Source of the DNA: the human T2T-CHM13v2.0 reference genome, Homo sapiens
Strand: one strand, 5' to 3'
Assembly (NCBI RefSeq): GCF_009914755.1
Contig: NC_060932.1
DNA length: 64,000 nucleotides
Within the stretch, counting starts at the first letter, position 1. Each line of letters starts with the position of its first letter. The notes below the pieces were generated by a model. The model did not search any database. It saw nothing but the letters and a program-made list of their open reading frames with translations, and was not told the origin of the DNA. A program made the position numbers and the translations under genes. Shown piece after piece: positions 1 to 12,382 of this stretch.

Positions 1-279
1 AATAGACCTTCCCATTGCTCACAATATTATGAAAAAAACATTAAAGCAACAATTTTTATTACTTGCCCTGCAGCTAGAGCTTTAAAATGTACTTTCTTCT
101 CCCCTACCCTCCCTAAACCACTTAGCTTTTAAAAACAAACAACCCATTCATGTGTTTGTTACAGTCACATTATTAGTTCTTTCTCTTTATTCCTGGGCCC
201 TTTTCTTTAATGCAGCAAAGTATTTGGAGGGATGTACTTGTGGATCTGTGGAATTTTACTTTATTTTATTCAGAAAATA

Positions 280-1420
280 TTAATTTCAATAACCATTTAT
301 TGAGTGTATACTATGTGACAGGTAAAGATGAATGAGAACAAATCTAAATAGGAGAGTGACCCATCTGCAAACAATTGCACCACAGGGTAATGTGGAAGTA
401 GTGGCCACTCACTCTTCCAGGAAAGAGGTATGATTGGAACTCAGGAAGACTTTGCAGAGAAGGTGAATTTTGAACTGTGTTTTAAAGCCTAAAGACCAAG
501 CAGAGGGAGAAGGGTATTCCAAGAATGGAGAACAACAAGAGCAAGGAAAAGGAGGCAAGTATGAACATGGCATTCTTCAGGAGATGGGAGTTCAGTGTGG
601 CTGTGGTAGGGAGGTGTGGTAAGGTTAGGGCCAGACAGTGATGGTCCTTGAATGTCATGTTATTTAAACTTTATCACAGTCTAGATAATCCTTTTCAGCA
701 TTATTTTTGTTTTGTTTTGTTTTGAGGCAAGGCCTCTCTCTGTCACCCAGGCTGGAGTGCCGTGGCAAGATCTCACTGCGACTTCCGCCTCCCGGTTCAA
801 GTGATTCTCCTGCCTCAGCCTCCCAAGTAGCTGGGACTACAGGCACACACCACTACAGCCTGGCTAATTTTTTTATTTTTAGTAGAGACGGGACTTTGCC
901 ATGTGGGCCAGGTTGATCTCGACCTTCTGGCTTCAAGCTATCTGCCTGCCTTGGCCTCCCAAAGTGTTGGGATTACAGGCATGAGCCACTGTGCCTGGCT
1001 CTTTTCAGCATTTTTAAGCTGAATTTTAAACAGAGGAATGATATGATTGGATTTTCCTTAGAAAATAGCTACAGTAATAATGTTTCAGAAGAATTGGGGA
1101 AGGAAGAGCCAGAAGGCCACAGGAAAATGAAGATGCTATTGCCATAGGTCTAATGAAATAGGATAAGGATCTAAACTAAGATAGGTTTGAGAGACTATTT
1201 GAAGACAGAGCAGGATTAATGACTAGCTGGAGCTGGATATGGGAAATATGTTTGAAAATAATCTGAGGTTTTGGAATTGCTTAACTGGGTGAGTGGAGAT
1301 GCCACTAATGAGGGTAAGAAATATAAGGTGAGGAAGAAGTTTCGGGAGAAAGACGGTGAGTGAGCAGAGGTAGCTGTGGAACATCTGGGTGGAGATCCCA
1401 GGATATAGCCTTTTCTGTAG
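280..1420 (-). mobile_element. L2 LINE remnant, interrupted by an Alu
   Basis: Starts with catttattgagtgtatactatgtg, the reverse complement of the L2 3' end, followed by purine-rich L2-like sequence; boundaries approximate. Confidence 0.6.
703..1000 (-). mobile_element. Alu SINE (S/J type), full length
   Basis: Full antisense Alu with (TTTTG)n tail; TSD cttttcagcatt at 691-702 and 1001-1012. Confidence 0.97.
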
Positions 1421-1599
1421 CTGTGCTGTGATGTCACACAGTCAAGACCTTGGCCAAACATTACAATAGGGCCTCAGTCTAAAAAGACACATCAATTTAA
1501 TAACTCACTTAAAAAATACATCATACTTATCTAATGACCATTACATTATATTTCAGGCAAGTTCTTAGAGAACTCTGATTCTTATGTAAGTGCCAGTGA

Positions 1600-2140
1600 A
1601 GGAAAAAAGATTGGAGACTCAAACAATGAGGAGTTATTATAAGCTGCCAGGAGAAACTGAAAAAGAGAAATACAGACCAGAGTCATTCAAAGGAACAAAG
1701 ATAAGGAAATGGCAGGAGTGTTGCAGAAAGCAGTGGTTTCTGAAGACACAGGTATAGGCAGATATGAAATACAGAGAAGAAATTTGAGCTGGCGCTTCCA
1801 AATAACTGTACTTCTTTAATGGTAAGATATCCCAAGCTTTGATTTCTCATCTTATTCACTTTGTCAGGAAGAGACAAACAGGTGTGGGTGCTGGGCAGAG
1901 GGCTTGATCTCATTTTGCAGAGAAAGTGTTTGGAGACTTTGAACTAAGCAAAGAGTAACAGGGAAAATAAGATAAAAATGAAAAGGGTAATGATTCGGAG
2001 AAATTTTTCAGAGAATTTAAGGAATTCTATGACAAACAGGTGTTAAAGAAAAAGGCAGATCAACGCAGTGTTCTCTTGATATAGTGGTATTAGACTTCCT
2101 TGGAAAAAAGATTCGCATAGCGCCTTATATTTAAAAAGCA
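1600..2140 (+). mobile_element. Possible ancient CR1/L3-clade LINE ORF2 (RT) remnant
   Basis: Translation across frameshifts gives KEMAGVL (1703), SWR (~1790), NLxEFYDK (2014) and DIVVLDF (2078), colinear with CR1 motifs KELADVI, DWR, NLxxFFD and DIVYLDF. Confidence 0.4.
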
Positions 2141-3059
2141 ATTTTATATTTGATTGTTACAAGAACCTAGGAAGCAGGTGCAGCCAGGCATTATTATCTT
2201 TCTTTTATAAACTTAAAATCTGGCATGAAGGAGGCTGCAGTTTGTTTCATGGCTCAGACGGCTCAGATCCCATGGCTGGCAGGGACTCAGAGCCTTCTGA
2301 CTTTGGGTCCATTGCTTTGTCCATTGTATCAACGCCTTGCCTTACCTTGGAACCTTGGCCTTCTGCAGTGTGCCTCCTTCCCTTATCATATCATATCACA
2401 TAAATGTAAAAGTAAAGCAGATGGTATTTGAAGACCAAAAGAGCCAAGATCTCTGGGGAGACAGGCAGTGATGTGAAAGGATCCTTAGCACTGATTATGC
2501 TATATACAATAGGGATGTTCATGAAGAGTTGTGCATAGAGTGTTATCTACGTAAATCAAATGACACTTTCAGTGCAGTAGGGGAGTCCACAATATCCAAA
2601 GTGTTATGATTAAATTTTTTATGAGGCAAATAATCCCTTTATAAAATGAACAATCAGTCACTCCTTGATATATTATCTGAATAAATCCAGATTTTCAAAT
2701 ATGGGGTTGACTTAAAGCAAGATACATCTCTAGTAGCCTACATCTATATTTATCATATACGAAGATTTTTCTGACTTGGGTATTGAATATGAAGATGGGG
2801 ATCTGGAGCTGTATCCTCTAATTGTTAGAGACCATTTAAAATACAATGGACATCATGACTTGCAGCTAAATCCATTCAGCTACCTTTACTGTTTACCAAG
2901 CACCTAACAGGTATGCCATTGGATGGGGCAAAACTCAGCTGGGAAATGGAGAGAGAAGCCCAGCACTGGCACTGCCTTGAGTCTGACAGTTAGACCACAA
3001 GAAAGTCATAAATGTAAATTCACCAATATAGTGAGCCAGGGTAAGAAAACTAGAAACTC

Positions 3060-3400
3060 TTATGGTCCTTGAATTCTACATCAGTATTAAAATGAAACCA
3101 AGTATATTTCAAAGCAAAGACTGTTATATTAGACCCAGAGTTATTCTGTACTGACAAAAGATAATCTTTGTAAGGAAGAAGAGGTAGTTGTGACTCTTTA
3201 TGCATCAAACATTTAAAAATGCATATCTTTAAAACATGTAAAACTAATGATTAGAACTATGAGAAATAAGCGAAGCTATTTGTAGGACACTTTAGATCTG
3301 TTGTTTTACATGACAAATCAAGTAGACAAAGTCAAATGGTAATACACAAGATTTGAATAATATAACTAATGAGGTTGAATAATATAATTTATGAGTGAAT
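3060..3400 (+). mobile_element. Old L1M endonuclease-region fragment, apparently continuing at ~9340-9460
   Basis: Degenerate match to the start of L1 ORF2 (tttcaaagcaaag...ctttatgcatcaaac...gacaaatcaagtagacaaa). Confidence 0.5.
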
Positions 3401-3439
3401 AGGGATATGGAACATTTAATAGTATATTATTAATCAAAA

Positions 3440-3515
3440 AATTATGTTATGTATGAATATATATGTACATGATATATATTGGGATATATATGGGGTATAT
3501 GTATGTATATATGTC
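3440..3515. repeat. AT-rich low-complexity (TA/TG) tract
   Basis: tatgtatgaatatatatgtacatgatatatatt... Confidence 0.7.
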
Positions 3516-4321
3516 TCCTTTTTTGCATTAATAAGTTCTTTTTTATTTTACTGTAAATTGGCAAATTATGGTTGTATATATTTATGAAATACAAAGTAAT
3601 GTTGATATATATCATAATACAACCTTCCATACAATGTGGAATGATTAAATCAAGCTAATAAACATACCCATCACCTTAAATACTTATCATTTTTGTGGTG
3701 AAAATATTTGAAATTTGCTCTCTTAGCAATTTTGAAATATACAACACAGTATAATTAACTATAGTCATCATGCTGACAATATAATCTCAAAAAATTTATT
3801 CCTCTTGTTTAATTGAAACTTTGAACCCTTTGGCATTCCCCATTTTCCCCAACCCCTCAGACTTTGGTAAGCACCATTCTACTCTACGCTTCTTAGTTCT
3901 GTTGTTTAGATTCCACGTAGAAGTGAGATCATGTGGTATTTGTCTTTCTGTGCCTATGTCTGGCTTATTGCATTTAGCATAATGTCCTGCAGCTTCATCC
4001 ATGTTGTCACAAATGACAGAATTTCCTCATTTTTAAAGGCAGAATAGTATTTCATTGTGCATGTGTGCCACCTATTCTTTAGCCATTTATCTGTTGATGG
4101 ACACTTCGGTTGATTCTATAATTTGGCTATTGTGAATAGTGCTGCAGTGAACATGGGATTGCATATGTCTCTTTAATATAATTATTTCAAATCTTTGGCT
4201 ATGTACTTAGAAGTGGGATTGGTGGATCATATGATAGTTCTATCTTTAGTTTTTTTGAGGACCCTCCATGAAGTTTTCTGTAATGGCTATACTAATTTAC
4301 ATTCCCATCAACAATGTATAA

Positions 4322-4652
<331 letters not shown>

Positions 4653-4662
4653 CCAGAATTTT

Positions 4663-4945
4663 GTTTTTGAGGCAGGATCTGGTTCTTTTGCTCAGGCTGG
4701 AGTACAGGGGCGTGATCTTGGCTCACTGCAACCTCTGCCTCCCAGGCTCAAGCCATCCTCCCTCCTCAGCCTCCTAGGTGACTGGGACTACAGGTGTGCC
4801 ACTGGGCCTGGCTAATTTTTGTATATTTGTAGAGAAGGAGTTTCGCCATGTTGCCCAGACTGGTCTCAAACTCCTGAGCTCAAGCAATCTACTCTCCTTG
4901 GCCTCCCAAAGTGCTGGATTACAGGAGTGAGCCACAGTGCCTAGT
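4663..4945 (-). mobile_element. AluJ-like
   Basis: Diverged antisense Alu (ctcctgagctcaagcaatc) directly after the AluY. Confidence 0.9.
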
Positions 4946-5171
4946 ACATTTGTCATTTTCTGTCTTTTTCATAATAGCCATTCTAACTGGGGTGAGATAG
5001 TCTCATTGCAGTTTTGATTTGCATTTCTTTGATAATTAATGATGTTGAGCATTTTTTAATATATCTGTTGGCCATTTATATGTCTTTTGAGAATTGTCTG
5101 TTCAGGCTCTTTGTCCATTTTTTAATCAGGTTGCTTGTTTTCTTGCTATTGAGTTGTTTGAGTTCCTTATA

Positions 5172-6735
5172 CAGTTCATCCTTGAGCAATGCGGGGCTTA
5201 GCGGTGCTGACTCCCTCTACAGTTGAAAATTCTAGTATAACTTTTGATTCCCCCAGAACTTAACTACTAATAGCCAACTGTTGACTGGAAGCCTTACCAG
5301 TAACATAAATAGCCAATTAACACATATTTTGTATGTTACATGTAATATATACTATCTGCTTACAATAGAGTAAGGTAGAGAAAAGAAAATTTTATTGAGA
5401 AAATCCTAAGGGAGAGAAAATATATTTACTATTTATTAAGTGGAAGTGAATCACCATAAAGGTCTTCACTCTTGTCATCTTTATGTTGAGTAGGCGGAGG
5501 AGGAGGAGGAAGAGAAGGGATTGGTCTTGCTGTCTTAGGGGTGGCAGAGGTGGAAGAAGCGAGGAGGTGAAAGGCGAGGGAGGAGAGGCAGGCCCACTTG
5601 GTGTAACTGTCTGGAAATACATAATAATTTCTGTATGGCTACTTTTCTCTTTCTAAAAATGTTGTAAAGTTTATCTTAAAATGTTTCTATACAGTATCAG
5701 TCTTTCTTCTGCTATTTGCATTAGCTTCAGTGCCCATATCATAGAAGCGTTCATGTCATAAAAGAAGTCAAATGCAGTCTTAAATAATCAGAACGCTTCT
5801 GCCAGATTGTCTGATGTTAATTTGCTTTTTGGTACTTTTATATCCTCCTCATCATCATAAGGCACTGGTTCAGAAGCACTCCGTCAAGTTGTCTTCTGTC
5901 AATTCCTCTGGTGTGTAGTGTCTATTAGCTCTTGAATTTCTCCAAGATTCATATCTTGACACCTTCATTCACCACCTTTTTTCCCACTATATTTACAATC
6001 GCTTTCATTATTTCCTTGAATTGGCTTTGTCATAAACCCTGTGAAGTCATACACAACAGCTGGGCACAGTTTTCTCCTGCAGGAACTTATTGTTGGCTTG
6101 ATGGCTTTCACAGCTTTTTCTATAACAATGATGGTGTCTTCAATGGGGTAATCCTTCTAGGCTTTCATGATGTTCTCTCTATCGGGGTTCTCTAACATAG
6201 CACTGACATCCTTTCCATAGAGTACTGTGTATAATGAGCCTTCAAGGTCCTTATGATCCCCTAATCTAGAGGATGATTAGAGATGTTGCGTTTGGGGGCA
6301 AGTAGGACACTTGGATGTCTTTGATGTTGAACTCATGGGGTTCTAGGTGGCCAGGGGCATTGTCTAATATGAAAATAATTTTAAAAGGCATTCCCTTACC
6401 AGCAAGATACTTTCTGACTTCAGAGAAAAAGCATCAGTGGAACCAATCCAGAAAAATAGTTCTTGTTTAAGCCAAAAGACTGGTAGCTGATGTTTATCTT
6501 TTTCCATCAAGGCTTGGAGGTTAGCAGCTTTATAGATGACAGTCCTGACCATAAACCTGACTGCATTTGCATGAAACAGTAGTTAGCCTATGCCTTCCTA
6601 CCTTAAATCTTGGTGCTCACTTCTCTTCCTTACTAATAAATGTCCTTTGTGGCTTTTTTTTTTTTTCCAGAATACAGCATGTTCAGCTGCATTAAAACCC
6701 TGTTTAGGCAGGTATCCTTTCTCCTCAATGATTTT
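5172..6735 (-). mobile_element. Tigger2 DNA transposon, 3' portion with decayed DDE transposase
   Basis: TA followed by TIR cagttcatccttgagcaa at 5170-5190; the minus strand encodes IIEEKGYLPKQGFNAAE...FW and YKAANLQALMEKDKHQLPVFW, a pogo/Tigger transposase remnant; the other TIR is absent. Confidence 0.88.
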
Positions 6736-7324
6736 TTAATGGCTTTGCAATATAGTTTGATATCAGGCAGTGTGATGCCTCCAGTTTTGTTTGTTTTATT
6801 TAAGATCATCTTGGTGATTTTTTTTAATTCCCTATGAATTTTAGGGTTATTTTTTCTGTTTCCTTTTAAAATATACTTTCTGGCCATTTTTCTCTCTCTT
6901 CGTCTTCTGAAATTATGTGAAGATTAGTTCCCTTGACTGTGATTGTGTCACATAATTCTTGTAGGTTTTCTTCATCTTTTCCATTCTTTTTTCTTTTTGC
7001 TCCTCTGATGAATAATTTCAAATATTCTGTATTTAGCTCATTGATTGTGCTGCTTAATTGAGTCTGCTGTTGAAGATTTCTATTGCATTTTTCAATTAAG
7101 TCATTGTATTCTTTATCTCTTGGGTTTCTTTTTTATTGTTTCTACTTCTTCTATATTCTCATTTTGTGTATTGTTTCTCAAATTTCATTTAATTTTATAT
7201 CCATATATTCTTGTAGTTCACTGAACTGCTTTACAAGGATTTTTCTGAATCTTTTTTCTGCCACTTTATAGATCTTCATTTTTTAGTCTGTTATTGGAAC
7301 TTTGTTAGTTTCTTTTGATGATTA

Positions 7325-7561
7325 CAGATGCTCTTTGACTTACAATGGGCTTATGTCCTATTAAACCCATAGTAATTTCAAAACTTTGTAAGTAAGAAAT
7401 GTGTTTAATACCCCAGTAAACCAATTGTAATGTCAAAAAATTATGAGTTGAACCATCATAAGTGCAGATGCTCCTTGACTTACAATGGGGTTATATCCTG
7501 ATAAGTCCGTTGTAAAGTTGTATAGTTGTAAGTTGAACCATCATAAATTGGGGACCGTCTA
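7325..7561 (+). mobile_element. MER47 (Tigger5-derived MITE), two short units in tandem
   Basis: TA-cagatgctc..gacttacaatggg at 7325 and again at 7465; ends ggggaccgtcta-TA. Confidence 0.8.
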
Positions 7562-7620
7562 TATTTGTAATCCTTGTGTTCTAGCATTGGTGTCTGCACA
7601 TTTGAAGAGACAGCTTCCTC

Positions 7621-7873
7621 CTGAGTGCAGTGGTATAATGACAGCTCACTGCAGCCTTGACCTCCTGGGCTCATAAGATTCTCCCACCTCAGCCTCTTGA
7701 GTAGTTGGGACCACAGGTGTTTGCCACCATGCCTGGCTACTTTTTGTATTTTTTGTAGAGAGGGGTTTCACCATGTTGTCCAGGCTGGTCTTGAACTCCT
7801 GGGCTCAAGTGATCTACTTACCTTGGCCTCCCAAAATGCTGGAATAACAGGCATAAGCCACTGCATCCAGCCC
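7621..7873 (-). mobile_element. AluJ-like lacking its 3' end and poly(A) tail
   Basis: Alu sequence starts at (g)agtgcagtgg; flanked by acagcttcctcct and acagcttgctctt. Confidence 0.9.
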
Positions 7874-8783
7874 CAACAGCTTGCTCTTCTGGTCTTTACA
7901 GGTATTCTTTGTCAGGGATTGACCTTTACTTCTTAGTCTAGGCTGTGATTCTAGTTGGGTCAGGTGGTAATGACCCCATGCAGGCAGAGCTCGCTATAGT
8001 TGGCTGGGTGCTGCCTTTGCTCTGAGGTCTGATGGGGCTGCTGGCTCGGCTCCCATGCTTCGGGGAGACCACTGGCTGAGCTCTGCTATAATTTCTGATT
8101 GGACAAGGTTGTAGGGTGTACTTCCTGGCTGGGTGGTACTACTTTTTTGGTTCAACAGTTGAGCAGGGCTGCAGGCTGGACTCTGAGTTTAGGTGGAGTT
8201 GCTGCTCAGGATGGATGGGGTCTGGAGTATATGCTGCATAGAACTGCACAGTTGAGGATTGCCTGTCTCTGGGCAGGGCCTTAGAGTGGGCTCTGAGTCT
8301 GGATTGAGTCACTCTTTGGATTTCTGCGTCAGGCAATTCCAACCCCTATGATCCACAGAAATGCCCTGTGATGGTCATCTCCACATCTCCCGCCTGGGTA
8401 AGGCATTGAGGTCGCCTCTGAGGCTGGCCGTCTAAAGACTCAAAGCAGGCTGACCTTCTCATCATGTTTCTGTGAACAGTGAACTTGGCTTTGCAAGTGA
8501 GCCATACCATTGGCTGGTATCTCTGATTGTGCACCACCACTGGGAGGAACATAGAGCCATCACCAAAATTTGCACACTGGTCCCTGTGAGCTCTGCCTCC
8601 TTTCTTTGTTTATACCTAACCCAGGAGGTCTAGCCATGTCATTACTGCCAGTATTCCCCATGAGGTCAGATGGGAGTGGGCTTTCTGGGAAGTGTCTCAG
8701 AATGCTAGGGAGCTGGATGTCTAGAAACTCTGGTTACCTTTTTTTTTTTTTTACTGTATGGGCCCAGTTAAAAAGATCCTCTT

Positions 8784-9072
8784 GGCTGGGCACAGTGGCT
8801 CACGCCTGTAATCCCAGCACTTTGGGAGGCCGAGGTGGGTGGATCACGAGGTCAGGAGATTGAGACCATCCTGGCAAACATGGTGAAACCCCGTCTCTAC
8901 TAAAAATACAAAAATTAGCTGGACGTGGTGGTGTGCGTCTGTAATCCCAGCTACTCAGGAGGCTGAGGCAGGAGAATCACTTGAACCCAGGAGGCAGAGG
9001 TTGCAGTGAGCTGAGATTGTGCCACTGCACTTCAGCTGGGGCAACAGAGTGGGACTCTGTCTCAAAAAAAAA
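8784..9072 (+). mobile_element. AluSc-like
   Basis: ggatcacgaggtcaggagattgagaccatcctgg; TSD-like aaaagatcctct / aaaaaatcctct. Confidence 0.95.
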
Positions 9073-10185
9073 TCCTCTCTCTGTGTGTCACCATGCTGAT
9101 CTGGGGGAGCAGGAGGGGCAGTGTAGTCAACGTGAGATTGTTCCTCTTCTAATGTGGTTTTTATTTGATTCAGTGGCCTATTCATTCAGCTGTCTCCGTT
9201 TCTTTCTCAAGTTTGTAAGTTTTCACAAAAGTGTTCTTGTCTTTGGATTGTTGCTTGTTGGACTTTCTGTAGAGGGAAGTGAAGCCAAGTGAAGCCTGGG
9301 ACTTCCTATTCTGCCATCTTGCTGATGTCATGCCTACATGTTTACAGAAAATTCACATCCTCTTATAACATTTATGAGACATTGTAAAAAACAAAACAAA
9401 ACAACAACGACAACAAAACCCAAAAGCCTTAAATGAAGACTTTAGTGAATTCCAGAGTCCTTCTTACTCTTACTGGCCTTGTGCCTTAGCCCTCTGGTTT
9501 AGCCCCTGTTTCCAGCTAGCTTTTAACAGGTTGAGATGATGAAAAGAAAACATACCTCTCTCCTTTCATAATGCTGTGAAGTAGCTCATATAATTCATCT
9601 TCCACGTTTATATACGTATGTCTCTTTTGTGCCCAGAGCATCATTTTGAGATTCTTTTTTCATTATCAAAATACATTGGATCTATGTTATTCATAACTAA
9701 TCTGAGGCTGTATTTGTTACATTTGAGTATTTTAAATCATTAATGCCATATGTATTGTATACCAAAATTTACCATCTAAAACACCTGGCTATTCTTTTGT
9801 AGGGTTTTTCTTTTCATTAGCTTTTTTGAGCTAAAGCTTAAAGAAAATCAGGGACCAAAGGAAGGTTAGAAAGTGGCTGGAGGTATCATAAACACCAACT
9901 AAGTTCTTTGAGAAGCAGAAGGTGCATCATGGAAATCAGCATTATTCTGACTTCATTTCATTGCCTACTCAGTCCAAATTTTAGGGTTTACAACTTAAAC
10001 TAATAACTCACTGGCACCTTGCATTTCCTGTGGCTTAATGGTTAAGAACATGGGCTTTGAAGTCATTGTCCTGAGTTCAAATTTGAGGTCTACCACCATC
10101 ACCTATGTGACTTTGGGCCAAACACATATACTCTTTATACCTCCATTTCTTCATCCATAAAATTGGGATAAAAATTATAACTGTC

Positions 10186-10736
10186 TGCAGTGGGCAGAAT
10201 ACTGTCTTCCCTACCACCCCCTACGGTGTCCATATCTTAATCCCTGAAACTGTGCATGTTAGATTACATTGCAAAGGGGAATTAAGGTTGCAGATAGAAT
10301 TAACATTATTAATCATCTGGCCTTAAAATAGGAAATTATGCTGGATTATCCTGGTGGGCCCAATGTAATCACAAAGGTCTTTAAAAGTGGAAGAGTGAAG
10401 CAGAAGAAGTCAGAGAGTTAGGAAGATGTGATTATGGAAGAATGTTCAAAGAGAGACAGTGCCACTGGCTTTGAAGATGGAGGAAGGGGGCCATGAGCCA
10501 AGGAATGTGGGTGGCCACGAGCCAAGGAATGTGGGTGGCCACTAGAAACTGAGGAAAGCAAGGAAATAGATTCTCTCCTAAAGCTTCCAGAAAGGGATGC
10601 AGTCCTGCCGATACCTTGCTTTTACGTGATGCATACAGTGTCAGACTTCTGACCTAAAGAACTGCAAAATAATAAATTTGTATTCAGATACCAAATTTGT
10701 GGTATTTTGTTACAGCAGAAATAGGAAATAAATGCA
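10186..10736 (+). mobile_element. MLT1D MaLR solo LTR
   Basis: tgcagtgggcagaata...ggattatcctggtgggcccaatgtaatcaca...aataaatttgt...aatgca. Confidence 0.88.
10489..10542. repeat. 24-bp tandem duplication inside MLT1D
   Basis: ggccatgagccaaggaatgtgggt / ggccacgagccaaggaatgtgggt / ggccac. Confidence 0.95.
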
Positions 10737-10849
10737 CCGCCATATGGGGTTGTTGTAAGGGTTAGGAAATGTAAACCTTTAAGATAGACCTGCCACATGG
10801 TAAATGCTCAGTTAGTATTAGCCACTATTATTATCCATTGGTACTTTAG

Positions 10850-11237
10850 TTTCCCTTCTGTCTTTGCTCTTTTGTGGTAGTTGTCTTGTAATTACCCAAA
10901 TTTGTGGTTATCTTCCCTACAAAGACTATGGCCCTAGGTGTTTTTCACTCTCATTTTAGTCTATACTCAGCCTCCAGTAATTTGTCAAAATTACCATTTC
11001 AGAGTTCCTACCATTTTGTGGTTCCAGCAGCTTCTGTTCCAGGTGAGTAGATCTTGGCTGTGACTCTCTGGATTTGCCTGTCTCTCCAGATTTTAGGGTG
11101 GTAGTTTGCCCTGCAACTTCAGTTCTGTGGGGCATCCAAGGAAAGTCGCTGGTTTTCACTTTGTTTTGTTTCATTATTGTAAGGACATGAGTGCTGACTT
11201 CCGAGTTCTTTACATGTTGGTACTGAAATTGGAAGTG
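10850..11237 (-). mobile_element. Old L1M (L1MC/MD type) 5' UTR fragment
   Basis: ctctctggatttgcctgtctctccagattttagggtggtagtttgccctg...gaaattggaagt, typical of antisense old L1 5' ends. Confidence 0.65.
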
Positions 11238-11799
11238 TGGGCAGTGCTCTTTACCCTACGGCTTTAATAATCTTTCTATACACATGAGATCTTCATCTCT
11301 ACACTTTACTTCTTTCTGATTTCCATTATCTGGTTTTCACTTCATTCATTTCATTTCCAAACATGCTTTTTCTGTATTTTCTATTTAGGTTAGTGGCATC
11401 TCAATCCAAGGGATAGTAGTTAATTTGATGTGTCTGAAATACAGGGTACAAAACAGGCTCATAGTCGGGGAGATTGCCCTTAACTCTCCACCTTTCCTGA
11501 ATCCTTTTCTTCAGAATTAGTAAGTCGCCAAGGGCTGTTGTGTCTATGAATTTTGCCCACATCCTTGCTGTCATTACGCTAGTCCTAACTCTTGACTCGG
11601 CCATGCAGAATATTTTAAACCACTTTATCCTCTACACTGCCTCAGAGTTAGATCATAAGTTGGATCATGTTACTTCCTCTCTCAGAAGACCTACATTTTG
11701 AAAAATTGCTTGTGGAATAAATCCCAAACTCCTAATTTGGCATTTAAGGTTCTTAAAGATCTGTAATTAAGGTATATTTCTAGGTGGATTCATAGTGCA

Positions 11800-12209
11800 T
11801 GTACCTACTGTATTTGCTAGTGCTACCACAACAAAATCCTGCAGACTGGGTAGGTTAAACAACAGAAATGAATTTTCTCATGGTTGTGGGGGCTGGAAGT
11901 CCAAGATCAAAGTGTCTGCATGTTTGGTTTCTTCTGAGGCCTCTCTTTTTGGCTTGCACGTGGCCATCTTTTCTCGAGGTACTTACATAGTCTTCTCTCT
12001 GTGCATGCACACCCCTGATATCGCTCTGTGTATTCCAGTTTCCTCTTCTTATATGGACACCAGTCAGATTCTTTTAGGGCCCACCCTGATAGTCTCATTT
12101 TACCTTAACACCTCTTTCAAAGCCCCATTTTCAAATAGTCACAGTCCAAAGCCCTGGGGGTTAGGGCTTTAACGTATGAATTTTGGGGAACACAATTTAG
12201 CCCATAACA
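11800..12209 (-). mobile_element. MLT1B-like MaLR solo LTR within an L2 remnant
   Basis: ggctggaagtccaagatcaa...ggacaccagtcagatt...cacaatttagcccataaca. Confidence 0.85.
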
Positions 12210-12356
12210 CCGACTGTATCCCTCTATGTATTCTGTACTCATGAATGTATAATGGATCACCTAGGAAGATTTAGAAAATACTGATTTGGGGGTCTCACCC
12301 AACTTCTTGTAGGTTCTGAATCAGTAGGTCTGAAATGGGGCTGAGAATACATTTGG

Positions 12357-12382
12357 TGTGTGTGTGTGTGTGTGTGTGTGTG
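12357..12382. repeat. (TG)13 microsatellite
   Basis: Perfect TG run. Confidence 0.95.

Larger units (their letters stand above)
10029..10830 (+). mobile_element. MIR SINE split by MLT1D
   Basis: MIR 5' half (ggttaagaacatgggctttgaagtca...ctatgtgactttggg) at 10029-10185; 3' half (ggttgttgtaagg...cacatggtaaatgctca) at 10737-10830. Confidence 0.75.

Noticed and set aside
1765-1800. atacagagaaga similarity to U6 snRNA
   Set aside because: Only ~12 nt match; the flanks do not follow U6
2737-2907. Protein-like open frame EDFSDLGIEYEDGDLELYPLIVRDHLKY
   Set aside because: Short stop-to-stop frame without a start codon or convincing splice sites; no family recognised
9556-9682. Minus-strand open frame (…MLWAQKRHTYINVEDELYELLHSIMKGE) ending at a GAG|GTATGT donor
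   Set aside because: No polypyrimidine acceptor upstream and no recognisable protein match
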